A stretch of DNA of 64,000 bases, from NCBI GenBank assembly GCA_963664305.2, contig CAXXLV010000002.1, positions 288,001 through 352,000 of the forward strand, given 5' to 3'. Source of the stretch: an uncultured Aliarcobacter sp. GTDB taxonomy: Bacteria; Campylobacterota; Campylobacteria; Campylobacterales; Arcobacteraceae. The position numbers and the translations under genes were made by a program. The notes under the pieces are model-generated. The model made no database searches. It saw only the letters and a list, made by a program, of their open reading frames with translations, and was not told where the DNA came from. Shown here piece by piece: positions 52,135 through 61,611 of the stretch. The number at the start of each line of letters is the position of its first letter. Within the stretch, counting starts at the first letter, position 1.

Positions 52135-53459
52135 ATTTAAATATTAAAGATTTAAGAGCAAAATATTTAAGTGGTGAAGTTACAGTAAAAGAAGTAATTT
52201 TATCTATTTTTGAAAAAATTGAGCAAACAAGAGATTCTAATATTTGGATTTATACTTTAACTGAAGATGAAATAAGTTTTTATTTAAAAAATTTAGAAAA
52301 TAAAAATATAGAGGATTTACCACTTTATGGTATTCCTTTTGCTATAAAAGATAATATTGATTTAGTAAATATTCCTACAACAGCTGCTTGTCCTGAATTT
52401 TCTTATACTCCAAAAAAATCAGCTTTTGTGGTTGAAAAGTTAATCCAAGCTGGAGCTATTCCAATTGGAAAAACAAATCTTGACCAATTTGCAACAGGAC
52501 TTGTGGGAACACGAAGTCCTTATGGAGAGTGTAGAAATTCAATAAACAAAGAGTATATCTCTGGTGGTTCAAGCTCAGGAAGTGCAGTTGCAGTAGCACT
52601 TGAAATGGCTAGTTTTTCACTTGGAACTGATACTGCTGGAAGTGGAAGAGTTCCAGCTGCTTTTAATAATCTAATAGGATTAAAAGCTACAAAAGGAGTT
52701 ATTAGTACAAGTGGTGTAGTTCCTGCTTGTAGAAGTTTGGACTGTGTGACGGTTTTTGCAAAAGATTTAAGTTCGATAGAAGAGGTATTTAAAGTTGCAA
52801 ATGCTTATGATGAAGAGGATATTTATAGTAGACATTATGAAAAAGTAGAGTTTGAAGAAAAAGCAAAATTTTCTTTTGCTATTCCAAAAAAAGAGCAATT
52901 AAAATTCTTTGGTGATGAGGAATCAAAAAATCTATTTGAAGAAGCTATTAAAAAGTTTGAAAGTCTAGGTGGAAAGGCTTTTGAAATTGATTATGAACCA
53001 TTTAATGAAAGTGCAAACTTACTTTATAGTGGACCTTGGGTAACGGAGAGATTTATAGCTATAAAAGAGGTTATTACAAAAACTTCAGATGTTGTTGAGC
53101 AAACAGTTAGAAAAATCATAAGTGGTGGAGAAAATATAAATGCTATCAACTATTTTGAATCAGAATATATCTTGAAAAAGAATAGAAAAAAAGCTGAAAA
53201 GTTGTTTGAAGAGTTTGATTTTATGTTAACACCAACAACAGGAACAATTTATAAAATAGAAGAAGTAAACAACAATCCAATAGAACTTAATACAAATCTT
53301 GGATATTACACAAATTATATGAATCTACTTGATTTATCTGCAATTGCAGTTCCTGCTGGAAATAGAGTAAATGGTTTGCCTTTTGGAGTTACGGTTGTAG
53401 CAAAAAACTTTGAAGAAGAAAAACTATTAAGTTATGCTTCAAAATATCTAGGAGTTTAA
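52131..53459 (+). CDS. atzF: Allophanate hydrolase, amidase domain
   Basis: KDNID, GKTNLDQFATGLVGTRSPYG, GGSSSGS, GTDTAGSGRVPA. Confidence 0.92.
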   Translation: MNLNIKDLRAKYLSGEVTVKEVILSIFEKIEQTRDSNIWIYTLTEDEISFYLKNLENKNIEDLPLYGIPFAIKDNIDLVNIPTTAACPEFSYTPKKSAFVVEKLIQAGAIPIGKTNLDQFATGLVGTRSPYGECRNSINKEYISGGSSSGSAVAVALEMASFSLGTDTAGSGRVPAAFNNLIGLKATKGVISTSGVVPACRSLDCVTVFAKDLSSIEEVFKVANAYDEEDIYSRHYEKVEFEEKAKFSFAIPKKEQLKFFGDEESKNLFEEAIKKFESLGGKAFEIDYEPFNESANLLYSGPWVTERFIAIKEVITKTSDVVEQTVRKIISGGENINAINYFESEYILKKNRKKAEKLFEEFDFMLTPTTGTIYKIEEVNNNPIELNTNLGYYTNYMNLLDLSAIAVPAGNRVNGLPFGVTVVAKNFEEEKLLSYASKYLGV

Positions 53460-53460
53460 A

Positions 53461-53862
53461 ATGAATGAAAATGAGATTTTAATCGGTGTTTGTGGAGCTC
53501 ATATGAGTGGATTGCCTTTAAATTGGCAATTAATAGATTTAGAAGCTACTTTTGTAAAAAAATGTAAAACAAAAAAAGGTTATAGACTTTTTTTACTTGA
53601 AAATAAAACTCCTATTAGACCTGGTATGATTTATGATAGTTCTGTTAAAAGTCAATTAGAACTTGAAGTTTGGTCTATGAATGTGGAAAACTTTGGAAAG
53701 TTTATGAAACAAATAGCAAGTCCACTTGGAATAGGAACAGTATTTTTAGAAGATGAAAGTAGTGTTTATGGCTTTTTATGTGAAGCAGATTATGTAAAAA
53801 ACTCAAAAGAGATAACAAGTTTAGGAAGCTGGAGAAACTTCTTATGTCAGCAACAACAATAG
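53461..53862 (+). CDS. Stand-alone allophanate hydrolase C-terminal domain
   Basis: VCGAHMSGLPLNWQL, ELEVW, PLGIGTV, GFLCE; own AGGAG SD. Confidence 0.88.
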   Translation: MNENEILIGVCGAHMSGLPLNWQLIDLEATFVKKCKTKKGYRLFLLENKTPIRPGMIYDSSVKSQLELEVWSMNVENFGKFMKQIASPLGIGTVFLEDESSVYGFLCEADYVKNSKEITSLGSWRNFLCQQQQ

Positions 53863-54170
53863 CTTGGATTTATCTTTTTATAGCTGGACTTCTTGAAGCT
53901 TTTTGGGCAATTGGTTTGAAATATAGTGAAGGCTTTTCAAAACCAATTCCTACTATTTTGACTTTATGTTTGGTAGTTTCAAGTTTTTTTCTTCTTTCAA
54001 AAGCTATGAAAGTATTACCAGTTAGTTTTGCTTATGCAATTTGGTGTGCAATAGGAATAGTTAGTTTGGTTTTAATAGAGTATTTTTATCTAAATGGTGT
54101 TTTGAATTTTCAAAAAATCATCTCTATACTTTTTATTTTGATTGGAATTGTAGGTTTAAAAATATCATAG
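53844..54170 (+). CDS. gdx: SMR family guanidinium exporter (Gdx/SugE)
   Basis: WIYLFIAGLLEAFWAIGLKYSEGF, AYAIW; operon context. Confidence 0.82.
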   Translation: MSATTIAWIYLFIAGLLEAFWAIGLKYSEGFSKPIPTILTLCLVVSSFFLLSKAMKVLPVSFAYAIWCAIGIVSLVLIEYFYLNGVLNFQKIISILFILIGIVGLKIS

Positions 54171-54230
54171 TATTAAGAAGATGCACTTAAAGCTTTATAT
54201 ATAATACGAAAAAAATATAAAGAGATTGAT

Positions 54231-55466
54231 TTGAATGATATTTATGATTGTATAGTTATTGGTGGTGGACCTGCTGGAATTTTAGCCAGTATTAGTTGTG
54301 CTAGTGAAAAGAACTCCGTTTTACTTCTTGAAAAACTTCCAAAAATTGCAGCTAAACTAAAAGCTACTGGTGGAGGAAAATGTAATCTTACAAACACTCT
54401 TTCAACTGAAGAATTTATGGCAAAATTTGGTAAAAATGGTCGTTTTATGAGCCATGCAATAGATACTTTTAATGCAACAGATTTAAGAGATTTTTTTGCT
54501 AAAATTGGAGTTGAAACAATCGCCCGAGATGGATTTAGAGTATTTCCTGTAAATCATAGTTCAAGTATAATTTTAAGTGCATTAGATGAAGAGTTAGAAA
54601 GAGTTGGAGTGGAAGTTGAGTGTTCAGTTGCTATTGAAACTATAAAAAAAGAAGAAGATATTTTTATCATTATTTCAAAAGATAAAATCTACAAATCAAA
54701 AAATATCATCATAGCAACTGGAGGTTTGGGTTATCCAATCTTAGGAGCAACTGGTGATGGATATATTTATGCTAAAGATTTTGGTCATAAAATCACTTCA
54801 ACTCATCCTGCTATGATGCCACTTATTACAAAAGAAAAAAACTTCGCTTCATGTAAAGCTGATACAATCGCAAAAGCTATATTAAAAGTAAATATTCCAA
54901 AATACAAAAACTTAAAACTTGTTGGTGATTTGATTTTTACAAAAGAGGGTTTACGAGGTCCAGTTATTTTGGATTTTGCTAGAGAAATTACTCCTATTTT
55001 AGAAAAACACAATGAAGTTCCACTTTTGATAAACTTTTTAAAAGGTAAAAATGAAGAAGAGATTTTTACTCACTTAAAAAATGAAATAGCAAAAAATCCA
55101 ACAAATACTATCTTAGAAAATTTAGAAACTCTACTTGCAACTGGTGTAGCAACTGAGATTTTAAATATTTGTGAAATAGAAACAAGTTTAAGATTTAAAC
55201 AAATAGAAGGAATTAAAAGAGAAAAATTAGTTAAAACATTAGCTTGGACACCTTTTACAATTGTAGGACATGAAGGTTTTAAAAATGCCATGATAACAAG
55301 AGGTGGAGTTGAACTAAAAGAGATTGATTCAAAAACAATGCAAAGTAAAATAATAGATGGTTTGTACTTTTGTGGGGAAGTTGTAAATATAGATGGACCA
55401 TGTGGTGGATATAATCTTCAATGGTCTTTTTCAAGTGGCTTTTTAGCAGGAAAATTAAGAAAATAA
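54231..55466 (+). CDS. HI0933/YhiN/BaiN family flavoprotein
   Basis: GGGPAG, TGGGKCNLTN, TGDGY, TRGGV, GGYNLQ. Confidence 0.9.
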   Translation: MNDIYDCIVIGGGPAGILASISCASEKNSVLLLEKLPKIAAKLKATGGGKCNLTNTLSTEEFMAKFGKNGRFMSHAIDTFNATDLRDFFAKIGVETIARDGFRVFPVNHSSSIILSALDEELERVGVEVECSVAIETIKKEEDIFIIISKDKIYKSKNIIIATGGLGYPILGATGDGYIYAKDFGHKITSTHPAMMPLITKEKNFASCKADTIAKAILKVNIPKYKNLKLVGDLIFTKEGLRGPVILDFAREITPILEKHNEVPLLINFLKGKNEEEIFTHLKNEIAKNPTNTILENLETLLATGVATEILNICEIETSLRFKQIEGIKREKLVKTLAWTPFTIVGHEGFKNAMITRGGVELKEIDSKTMQSKIIDGLYFCGEVVNIDGPCGGYNLQWSFSSGFLAGKLRK

Positions 55467-56260
55467 TGGAAAATTTATCTAAAAAAGAGATTGAAAATGC
55501 AACTGTTTTTTTAGATTTATCTCAAATAGTTTATTTTGATAAAATTGAAAAAATTACAGAAGAGATAAAAACAAAATATGCTTATGATGAAGTATATTTT
55601 TTCGATAAAAAAAATCATAAAAGAGTTTCTAATAATCTTTTTAAAAAGATATTTTTTAAACTACGTTCAAACTACGATTTAATTGATTTACAATTTATTG
55701 TAAGTATAAAAAAAATGAATGAGAATGAAAAGGGAGAAATTTCTATTATATTTAGAGGAAGTCAAGAAAAAGAAGATTGGCTTACAAATCTTAGTTTAAA
55801 ATATGTATCTCATAACAAATTCAAAAAATGTGTTCATTCTGGATTTTACAGAAGTTTTAAAATATTTAGAAAATCAGTTAAATCAAAAAAAGTTGATAAA
55901 GAGATAGATTTTTTAGAGGATATAAACTCAATAAATGAAAATTATAAACTTACTTTATCAGGACATAGTTTGGGTGGAGCTATTGCCACAATTGTAGGAT
56001 GTTATTTTATTGATAAAGGAATAAATAAAGATAATCTTTCAATTTTTACTTTTGGCGCACCTCCTATTGCTAAAAAAGAGTTTTGTGATTATTATGAAGA
56101 TAATTTAAATATCTTTCGTTTTGTAAATAAAGAAGACCCTGTACCAAATATTTCAAAACTTACAAAACTAAAACATATAGGAAAAACTATTTTGTTAAAT
56201 ACAAAAGAGGTAAACTTTCATTCTTTGAATGATTATAAAAAGATATTAAAAAATTTATAA
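55466..56260 (+). CDS. Class 3 lipase family protein
   Basis: FRGS, VHSGF, GHSLGG, TFGAP, DPVP; ATG 55466 overlaps the upstream TAA. Confidence 0.85.
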   Translation: MENLSKKEIENATVFLDLSQIVYFDKIEKITEEIKTKYAYDEVYFFDKKNHKRVSNNLFKKIFFKLRSNYDLIDLQFIVSIKKMNENEKGEISIIFRGSQEKEDWLTNLSLKYVSHNKFKKCVHSGFYRSFKIFRKSVKSKKVDKEIDFLEDINSINENYKLTLSGHSLGGAIATIVGCYFIDKGINKDNLSIFTFGAPPIAKKEFCDYYEDNLNIFRFVNKEDPVPNISKLTKLKHIGKTILLNTKEVNFHSLNDYKKILKNL

Positions 56261-56270
56261 AAGGTTATAT

Positions 56271-57107
56271 ATGAAATTTGATATTAAACAATATATTTTA
56301 ATAGTTTTAGGAGCATTCTTCTTATCTTTTGGGACAGTTTCTTTTTTATCACCAAATGAGATAATTACTGGTGGTGGAGTAGGAATTTCATTATTATTAC
56401 ATAGTTTATTTCCCTCAATTACTTTAGGTATTATTATGGCATTAGTAAGTGTTCCATTTTTGGTATTGTCATATATTTATTATGGGAAATATTACTTATT
56501 TAAAACTTTTATAGTTGTAATTCTTCTATCAACTTTTACAGATGTTTTAAAAGAGTTTTTTCAAATAAAAGCTATAACACATGACATTTTATTGGCTGCA
56601 ATTTTTGGAGGAATTTTTATAGGTTTAGGTGTTGGTTTAATTATCAAAGGAAGAGCATCAACTGGAAGTACTTCTGTTGTAGGAGAAATAGTAGCTAAAA
56701 AAACAAAATATAAAGCAGCAGAAGTTTTACTTGCAATTGATGCAACAATTATGTTTGCTTCAATATTTGTTTATAACGATATTGAAAAGTCTTTATATAG
56801 TACATTAAGCGTATATGTTGGAATTAGAGTTATTGATATGATATTAACTGGACGTCCATCTAAAAAAATAGTTAATATTGTTTCAAATAATGTAGAAATA
56901 TTAAAAGAACAAATTAGAGAAAAGATAGAAGAACATGGAACTATAATGAAAGGAATAGGGCTTCATCAACATCAAGATAAAACAGTGATTTTTGTAACAG
57001 TTGAAGCTTCTAAAATAGACCTTTTAAAAAATCTGATAAGAGAATATGATCCAGATGCATTTATGATTATAACTGAGGCTTCGGAGTTTTTAGGTAGAGG
57101 AAATTAA
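56271..57107 (+). CDS. YitT family membrane protein
   Basis: TGGGVG, GRASTGS, DPDAFMII. Confidence 0.88.
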   Translation: MKFDIKQYILIVLGAFFLSFGTVSFLSPNEIITGGGVGISLLLHSLFPSITLGIIMALVSVPFLVLSYIYYGKYYLFKTFIVVILLSTFTDVLKEFFQIKAITHDILLAAIFGGIFIGLGVGLIIKGRASTGSTSVVGEIVAKKTKYKAAEVLLAIDATIMFASIFVYNDIEKSLYSTLSVYVGIRVIDMILTGRPSKKIVNIVSNNVEILKEQIREKIEEHGTIMKGIGLHQHQDKTVIFVTVEASKIDLLKNLIREYDPDAFMIITEASEFLGRGN

Positions 57108-57119
57108 TTGGGACAAGTT

Positions 57120-59093
57120 TTAAAAACTTGTCCACTCATCTTCATCATTTGAAGTTGCTTTTATCTCATTTTGAGGTTTTTTTGCAGGAACTTCTTGTTT
57201 TTTAATTGTAGGTTTTTTAATATTTATTACAGGTGCATTTGACTTTGTATCATCTAATGTTTTTGCTTTAACATCTTCTTTCCCAATAAATTCTTTAGCA
57301 TTAGCATTTGAAAGTACTAATTTTGCAATAGTATCAGTTTGAACAGCAACACTATATGTTTGTGATGCAATTTGTGCATTTTGTTGTGTTTGTTGGTCAA
57401 GTGATGTGATAGCATGATTTATTTGTTCAATTCCAGCTAGTTGTTCTTTACTTGAAGATTCAACTCCTTTGATTAAATCAATAGTTTGAATAATACTTTC
57501 ATTTAAAGCTTTATAACCACTTATCATATCTTCTGAAATTCTTTTCCCTTGGTCAGCTTTTTTTGTAGCATTTTCAACTAAGTCTTTAATCTCTTTAGCT
57601 GCTTCTGCACTTCTACTTGCAAGGTTTCTAACTTCTTGAGCAACAACAGCAAATCCTTTTCCAGCTTCACCTGCAGTTGCAGCTTCAACGGCTGCATTTA
57701 GAGATAAAATATTTGTTTGGAAAGCTATTTGGTCGATAACTGTAATAGCTTCATTAATTGCATTTACTTCTCTATCAATTTCATTCATAGCTTCTGTAGT
57801 TTGACTTGCAAGTGTTTGACCTTGTGATACAGAACTTGTAACACTAGAAGCTAATTTAGACATTTGAACAATATTGTCTGTGTTATTTGAAATATTACTT
57901 GAAATCTCTTCAACAGCAGCTGCAGTCTCTTCTAGTGCAACAGCAGCTTCATTTGAATTTCTATTTAGAGTATCAACATTTTTAAGTAAGATATGACTAC
58001 TATCGCCTAATGTTAAACCATTTGATTTATTTTCAACAAGCATTTCATTTATGATATCAGCTAAGTTATTTAATCCAACAGTAACTCCACTATTACACCC
58101 TTTAATTCTATGCGTAAAGTCAAGTTTTGCATATCTTTCTAGTGCATAAGAGATATCATTGATATTTGTACAAACTCTTAGTTGTAAGCTATACATCATT
58201 TCATTGATATGAATTCTAAGTTTTTCCATACTTTCAGATTCAACTTTGTTATCAAGCCTTTTATTTAAAAATCCATTTTTTACAACTTGAGCCATCTCAT
58301 TTATTTCAGCTAGGAATTTATTGTCTGAATCAATAGTTGTTTTTGTTTTTCTAATATTCTCATTTACAACTTTTGCCATATTTCCAAATTCATCGTTTGA
58401 GCTATCATCTAACATTTCAACAGATGAATTTTCTTTGTTTACATAACCAAAAAAGCTTAATAAACCTTTTTGAAAATTGTTTAAAGAGTTGATTAGCTGA
58501 TTTGATAATAAAACAGAGAAAGTAACAAAAAATAAAATAGATATTACGGCAATAATAACTAAAACACTATCCATCGTTTCATCAGCTGAAATTTTCAATT
58601 TTATAGCATTCTCATTTATGTCAGATAATTTTTTTTCAAGTTTTAAACCAACTTCAACCATCTCTTTTATGATAGTTTTTATTTCTTCATTTTCTTTTAA
58701 AATATCGTTATTATATTCACTGATTTTTTTAGCATAAAATTTATCAAAACTACTAATATAATTTTTAGATAAATCTAAAATTTCATCAGATAATTGAATA
58801 TTTTCTTTCTCAACTAATTGAGGTTTTAAAGCTTTAACATATTCATCAAACTTTTTAAAGTCATCCCTTACGCTTTGAGCACTTTGTTCAGTTGGAGTTC
58901 TTAAAAACTGATAAACTGAAATACGACCTTTTAAAAGTTGTTGTATAAATAAGTCAGTTTGGGAAGCTACATTTATTCTTCCATTTGCAACACCATTGAA
59001 ATAACTATAAACGGCAGCAGACACAATAACAATAATGATAAATGTTATTGGTAACAGTAACAGTTTCTTTTTTGTAGAGAAATTTTTTAACAC
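57120..59093 (-). CDS. Methyl-accepting chemotaxis protein
   Basis: Two TM segments, [38 protein letters not shown]-terminal EWTSF pentapeptide. Confidence 0.95.
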   Translation of the reverse strand: MLKNFSTKKKLLLLPITFIIIVIVSAAVYSYFNGVANGRINVASQTDLFIQQLLKGRISVYQFLRTPTEQSAQSVRDDFKKFDEYVKALKPQLVEKENIQLSDEILDLSKNYISSFDKFYAKKISEYNNDILKENEEIKTIIKEMVEVGLKLEKKLSDINENAIKLKISADETMDSVLVIIAVISILFFVTFSVLLSNQLINSLNNFQKGLLSFFGYVNKENSSVEMLDDSSNDEFGNMAKVVNENIRKTKTTIDSDNKFLAEINEMAQVVKNGFLNKRLDNKVESESMEKLRIHINEMMYSLQLRVCTNINDISYALERYAKLDFTHRIKGCNSGVTVGLNNLADIINEMLVENKSNGLTLGDSSHILLKNVDTLNRNSNEAAVALEETAAAVEEISSNISNNTDNIVQMSKLASSVTSSVSQGQTLASQTTEAMNEIDREVNAINEAITVIDQIAFQTNILSLNAAVEAATAGEAGKGFAVVAQEVRNLASRSAEAAKEIKDLVENATKKADQGKRISEDMISGYKALNESIIQTIDLIKGVESSSKEQLAGIEQINHAITSLDQQTQQNAQIASQTYSVAVQTDTIAKLVLSNANAKEFIGKEDVKAKTLDDTKSNAPVINIKKPTIKKQEVPAKKPQNEIKATSNDEDEWTSF

Positions 59094-59214
59094 AAGAAGC
59101 CCTTTGAAGAAAAAATAAAATAATCAAGCAATTTATAAAAAACAAACATAAAGTTAGCTTAAATGGTAAAGAAAAATTTATGATTTTAATTAAAAAAATT
59201 TATGGGATAATATT

Positions 59215-59859
59215 TTATTTTTGAAAAAATAATTGATTTAAAATACTTATTTGTTCTTCTTTTGTGTAGTTAAATTTGAATTCATACTCTTTTAAATAAA
59301 AAAAGAAATTATCTTCATCTATTCCTTTGTATTTTCTCAAATTTGTTTCAAGATATTTCCAAAATTCATTTAGTTTTGTTTGATGAGAGTTTTTAGAGTG
59401 AATTTTATACCAATTTAGATATTGGATAAATCCATCTTCCATATCAAAAGCACGATTTCCAATTTTTGGCATCAAAAGAGTATATACTTTTTCATTTGAG
59501 TAAAAACCTATAATATTTACAGCTTCACTAAGAGATTTTCTTTTTTTCTTTTTTTCTCTTTCTTTTATATAATAAAACTCTTCATATTCTGTATAATCTT
59601 TTATTGAACTATGATACTCTTCTTCTAAAAAAACAGCTATTTTTTTTCTAAATAAATCAAATCTATCTTTTATTGTTTTGTAGTTTAATTCTAATTCTTT
59701 CGAAGTTTCAAGAGCATTTTTATCTTCACAAAACTCTTTTATTATTATCTTATCTTTTTCTATTTTTTTTAGTGATAATTTTTTTGCACAAGTTTTGCAT
59801 TTGATATAATCATCAGCAAGAAGATAAAATGTTGTATTGTTACAGTTTGGGCAAATCAT
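59215..59859 (-). CDS. IS1595-family transposase-derived protein lacking the catalytic core
   Basis: CPNC-x14-CKTC zinc ribbon, HTH-like NALETSKELELNYKTI, C-terminal NEFWKYL...KYKGI...FFFYLKEYEFKFN; only 214 aa. Confidence 0.75.
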   Translation of the reverse strand: MICPNCNNTTFYLLADDYIKCKTCAKKLSLKKIEKDKIIIKEFCEDKNALETSKELELNYKTIKDRFDLFRKKIAVFLEEEYHSSIKDYTEYEEFYYIKEREKKKKRKSLSEAVNIIGFYSNEKVYTLLMPKIGNRAFDMEDGFIQYLNWYKIHSKNSHQTKLNEFWKYLETNLRKYKGIDEDNFFFYLKEYEFKFNYTKEEQISILNQLFFQK

Positions 59860-59874
59860 GGTTTTATTTTAGCA
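59860..59874 (-). promoter_or_regulatory. Extended -10 promoter giving a probable leaderless mRNA
   Basis: Minus strand reads TGCTAAAAT-AAAACC-ATG, with no SD. Confidence 0.65.
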
Positions 59875-59975
59875 TTTTAATATTATAAATTGGTATTAAA
59901 GGATTGATAATTGCATAGTTTAAACAATAAGAGTAATATACTTTTAAATAAAAAAATAATGAAAGGTTGAAAAAA

Positions 59976-60368
59976 GTGAAAATAGCAATTCCAGTAAAAG
60001 ATGAGAATTTGACATTTTTTAGCAATGCAGGACATACTCCAAAATTTGCTATATACGAATTGACTGGTTCAGGTATGTTTAAATCTTTTAAACTAAATTC
60101 AATAATAGTAAATCCAAGAACTGATATTGACCATGACCATGCAGAAGAAGACCACGTTTGTGACCATGGGCATGATGATGAAGAACATATAAAAGAACAC
60201 AATAAAATGGGAATTGCATTAAAAGATTGTAATTACATAGTTGTTAAAAAAGCATGTAAAAATACTGCAAACTCTTTTACTTCTGTTGGGATAAAACTTG
60301 TTAAATATAGTGGTGAAGCACTAGATGTAAATACTATATTAAAAGAGACATCATCTTCATTTAAATAA
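59976..60368 (+). CDS. NifB/NifX-like metallocluster-binding protein with His-rich insert
   Basis: MKIAIPV (GTG 59976), AGHTPKFAIYE, HDHAEEDHVCDHGHDDEEH, LKDCNYIV. Confidence 0.72.
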   Translation: MKIAIPVKDENLTFFSNAGHTPKFAIYELTGSGMFKSFKLNSIIVNPRTDIDHDHAEEDHVCDHGHDDEEHIKEHNKMGIALKDCNYIVVKKACKNTANSFTSVGIKLVKYSGEALDVNTILKETSSSFK

Positions 60369-60448
60369 AAAAATCTTGTTCTATAAATATATAAGTGATA
60401 CAAAATTGTCAGATGTAATTTAGACTTTTTGAGTTAAACTATCTAAAA

Positions 60449-60462
60449 TGAATAAATATTCA
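60449..60462. promoter_or_regulatory. TGAAT-N4-ATTCA site upstream of hypB
   Basis: TGAAT-AAAT-ATTCA, abutting TAAAAT at 60444-60449. Confidence 0.65.
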
Positions 60463-60495
60463 CTATAAATAGTTTAAAACAAAAAGGAAAAATAT

Positions 60496-61320
60496 ATGTG
60501 TAAAGATTGCGGTTGTACAATAGCAGGAAGTGAACATCATCACCACCATCACCATGATGACCATGAACACGGAATTGTTCATGACCATGACCATCCACAT
60601 GATAATACAACTTGGAGTGCTACACATCAAGCAGCACATGAAACACTTCATCATAACCCTCAACTAAATGATGCAAAAACAATCTCAGTTATTCAAAAAA
60701 TTTTAGATAAAAATGACCATGAAGCAGCTCACAATAGAGCTCATTTTGATAACCACAAAGTTTTAGGAATAAATCTTATGAGTAGTCCTGGAAGTGGAAA
60801 AACAACACTTTTAGAAAATATTGCTGATATGGTAGATTTTAAATTTGCAGTTGTTGAGGGTGACTTAGAAACTTCAAGAGATGCAGATAGACTTAAAGCA
60901 AAAGGAATAAATGCAGTTCAAATACAAACAGGAAGTGCTTGTCATTTAGATGCATTTATGGTTCATAAAGGACTTCATGATATTCCACTTGATGATTTAG
61001 ATGTATGTTTTGTGGAAAATGTAGGAAATCTAGTATGTCCAGCATCTTATGATGTGGGAACTCACTTAAATATCGTATTAGTTTCAGTTCCTGAAGGAGA
61101 AGATAAGATAGCAAAATATCCAGTTATGTTTAGAAGTGCTGATTTAATACTTATTACAAAAACAGATTTACTTCCATACTTTGATTATGATATTGAAAAA
61201 GAGAAGATGGAAGCTAGAAAACTAAAACCAAATGTGGATATTTTAGAAGTAAATATCAAAGATAAACAATCACTTCAAAATGTAATTGATTGGATTAATT
61301 TCAAAAGAAAGATGAGATAA
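60496..61320 (+). CDS. hypB: Hydrogenase nickel-insertion GTPase HypB
   Basis: MCKDCGC, His-rich region, SSPGSGKT, CHLDA, ENVGNLVCP. Confidence 0.97.
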   Translation: MCKDCGCTIAGSEHHHHHHHDDHEHGIVHDHDHPHDNTTWSATHQAAHETLHHNPQLNDAKTISVIQKILDKNDHEAAHNRAHFDNHKVLGINLMSSPGSGKTTLLENIADMVDFKFAVVEGDLETSRDADRLKAKGINAVQIQTGSACHLDAFMVHKGLHDIPLDDLDVCFVENVGNLVCPASYDVGTHLNIVLVSVPEGEDKIAKYPVMFRSADLILITKTDLLPYFDYDIEKEKMEARKLKPNVDILEVNIKDKQSLQNVIDWINFKRKMR

Positions 61321-61326
61321 AAGTAT

Positions 61327-61608
61327 ATGTGTTTATCAATACCTTCAAAAATTAAAAGTATAGATACAGAAATGAATACTTGCGTAGTTGATACTATGGG
61401 AGTTGAAAGAAGTGCTAGTTTAGATTTAATAGACCAAGATGTAAAAATTGGGGATTATGTTTTAATTCATATTGGTTTTGCTATGAATAAAATAGATGAA
61501 GAGGATGCTTTAGAGTCTTTAAAAGTCTATCAAGAAATCATAGATAAGATGGAAGAAAATGACCGACTTGCAGCCATTGAAGAAGCTGAAAATTGCCCAA
61601 ATAGGTAA
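61327..61608 (+). CDS. hypC: Hydrogenase maturation chaperone HypC
   Basis: MCLSIP, GDYVLIHIGFA. Confidence 0.97.
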   Translation: MCLSIPSKIKSIDTEMNTCVVDTMGVERSASLDLIDQDVKIGDYVLIHIGFAMNKIDEEDALESLKVYQEIIDKMEENDRLAAIEEAENCPNR

Positions 61609-61611
61609 GTT

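Noticed and set aside
53455..53465. Pseudogene call for allophanate hydrolase
   Set aside because: Break falls at the domain boundary, the second ORF has its own SD and ATG, and the catalytic motifs are intact
59215..59859. Active IS1595 insertion sequence
   Set aside because: No terminal inverted repeats or target duplication seen; catalytic region truncated
17511..60462. Reading TGAAT-N4-ATTCA as an ArgR ARG box
   Set aside because: Same core, but the targets are hydrogenase genes, the sites are not in the tandem 3-bp-spaced ArgR arrangement and several spacers contain C; would need revisiting if the genome encodes argR
60129..60600. GACCAT/CATCAC short repeats as a repeat array or CRISPR
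   Set aside because: They encode His/Asp-rich metal-binding tracts; no repeat-spacer periodicity was seen in the window
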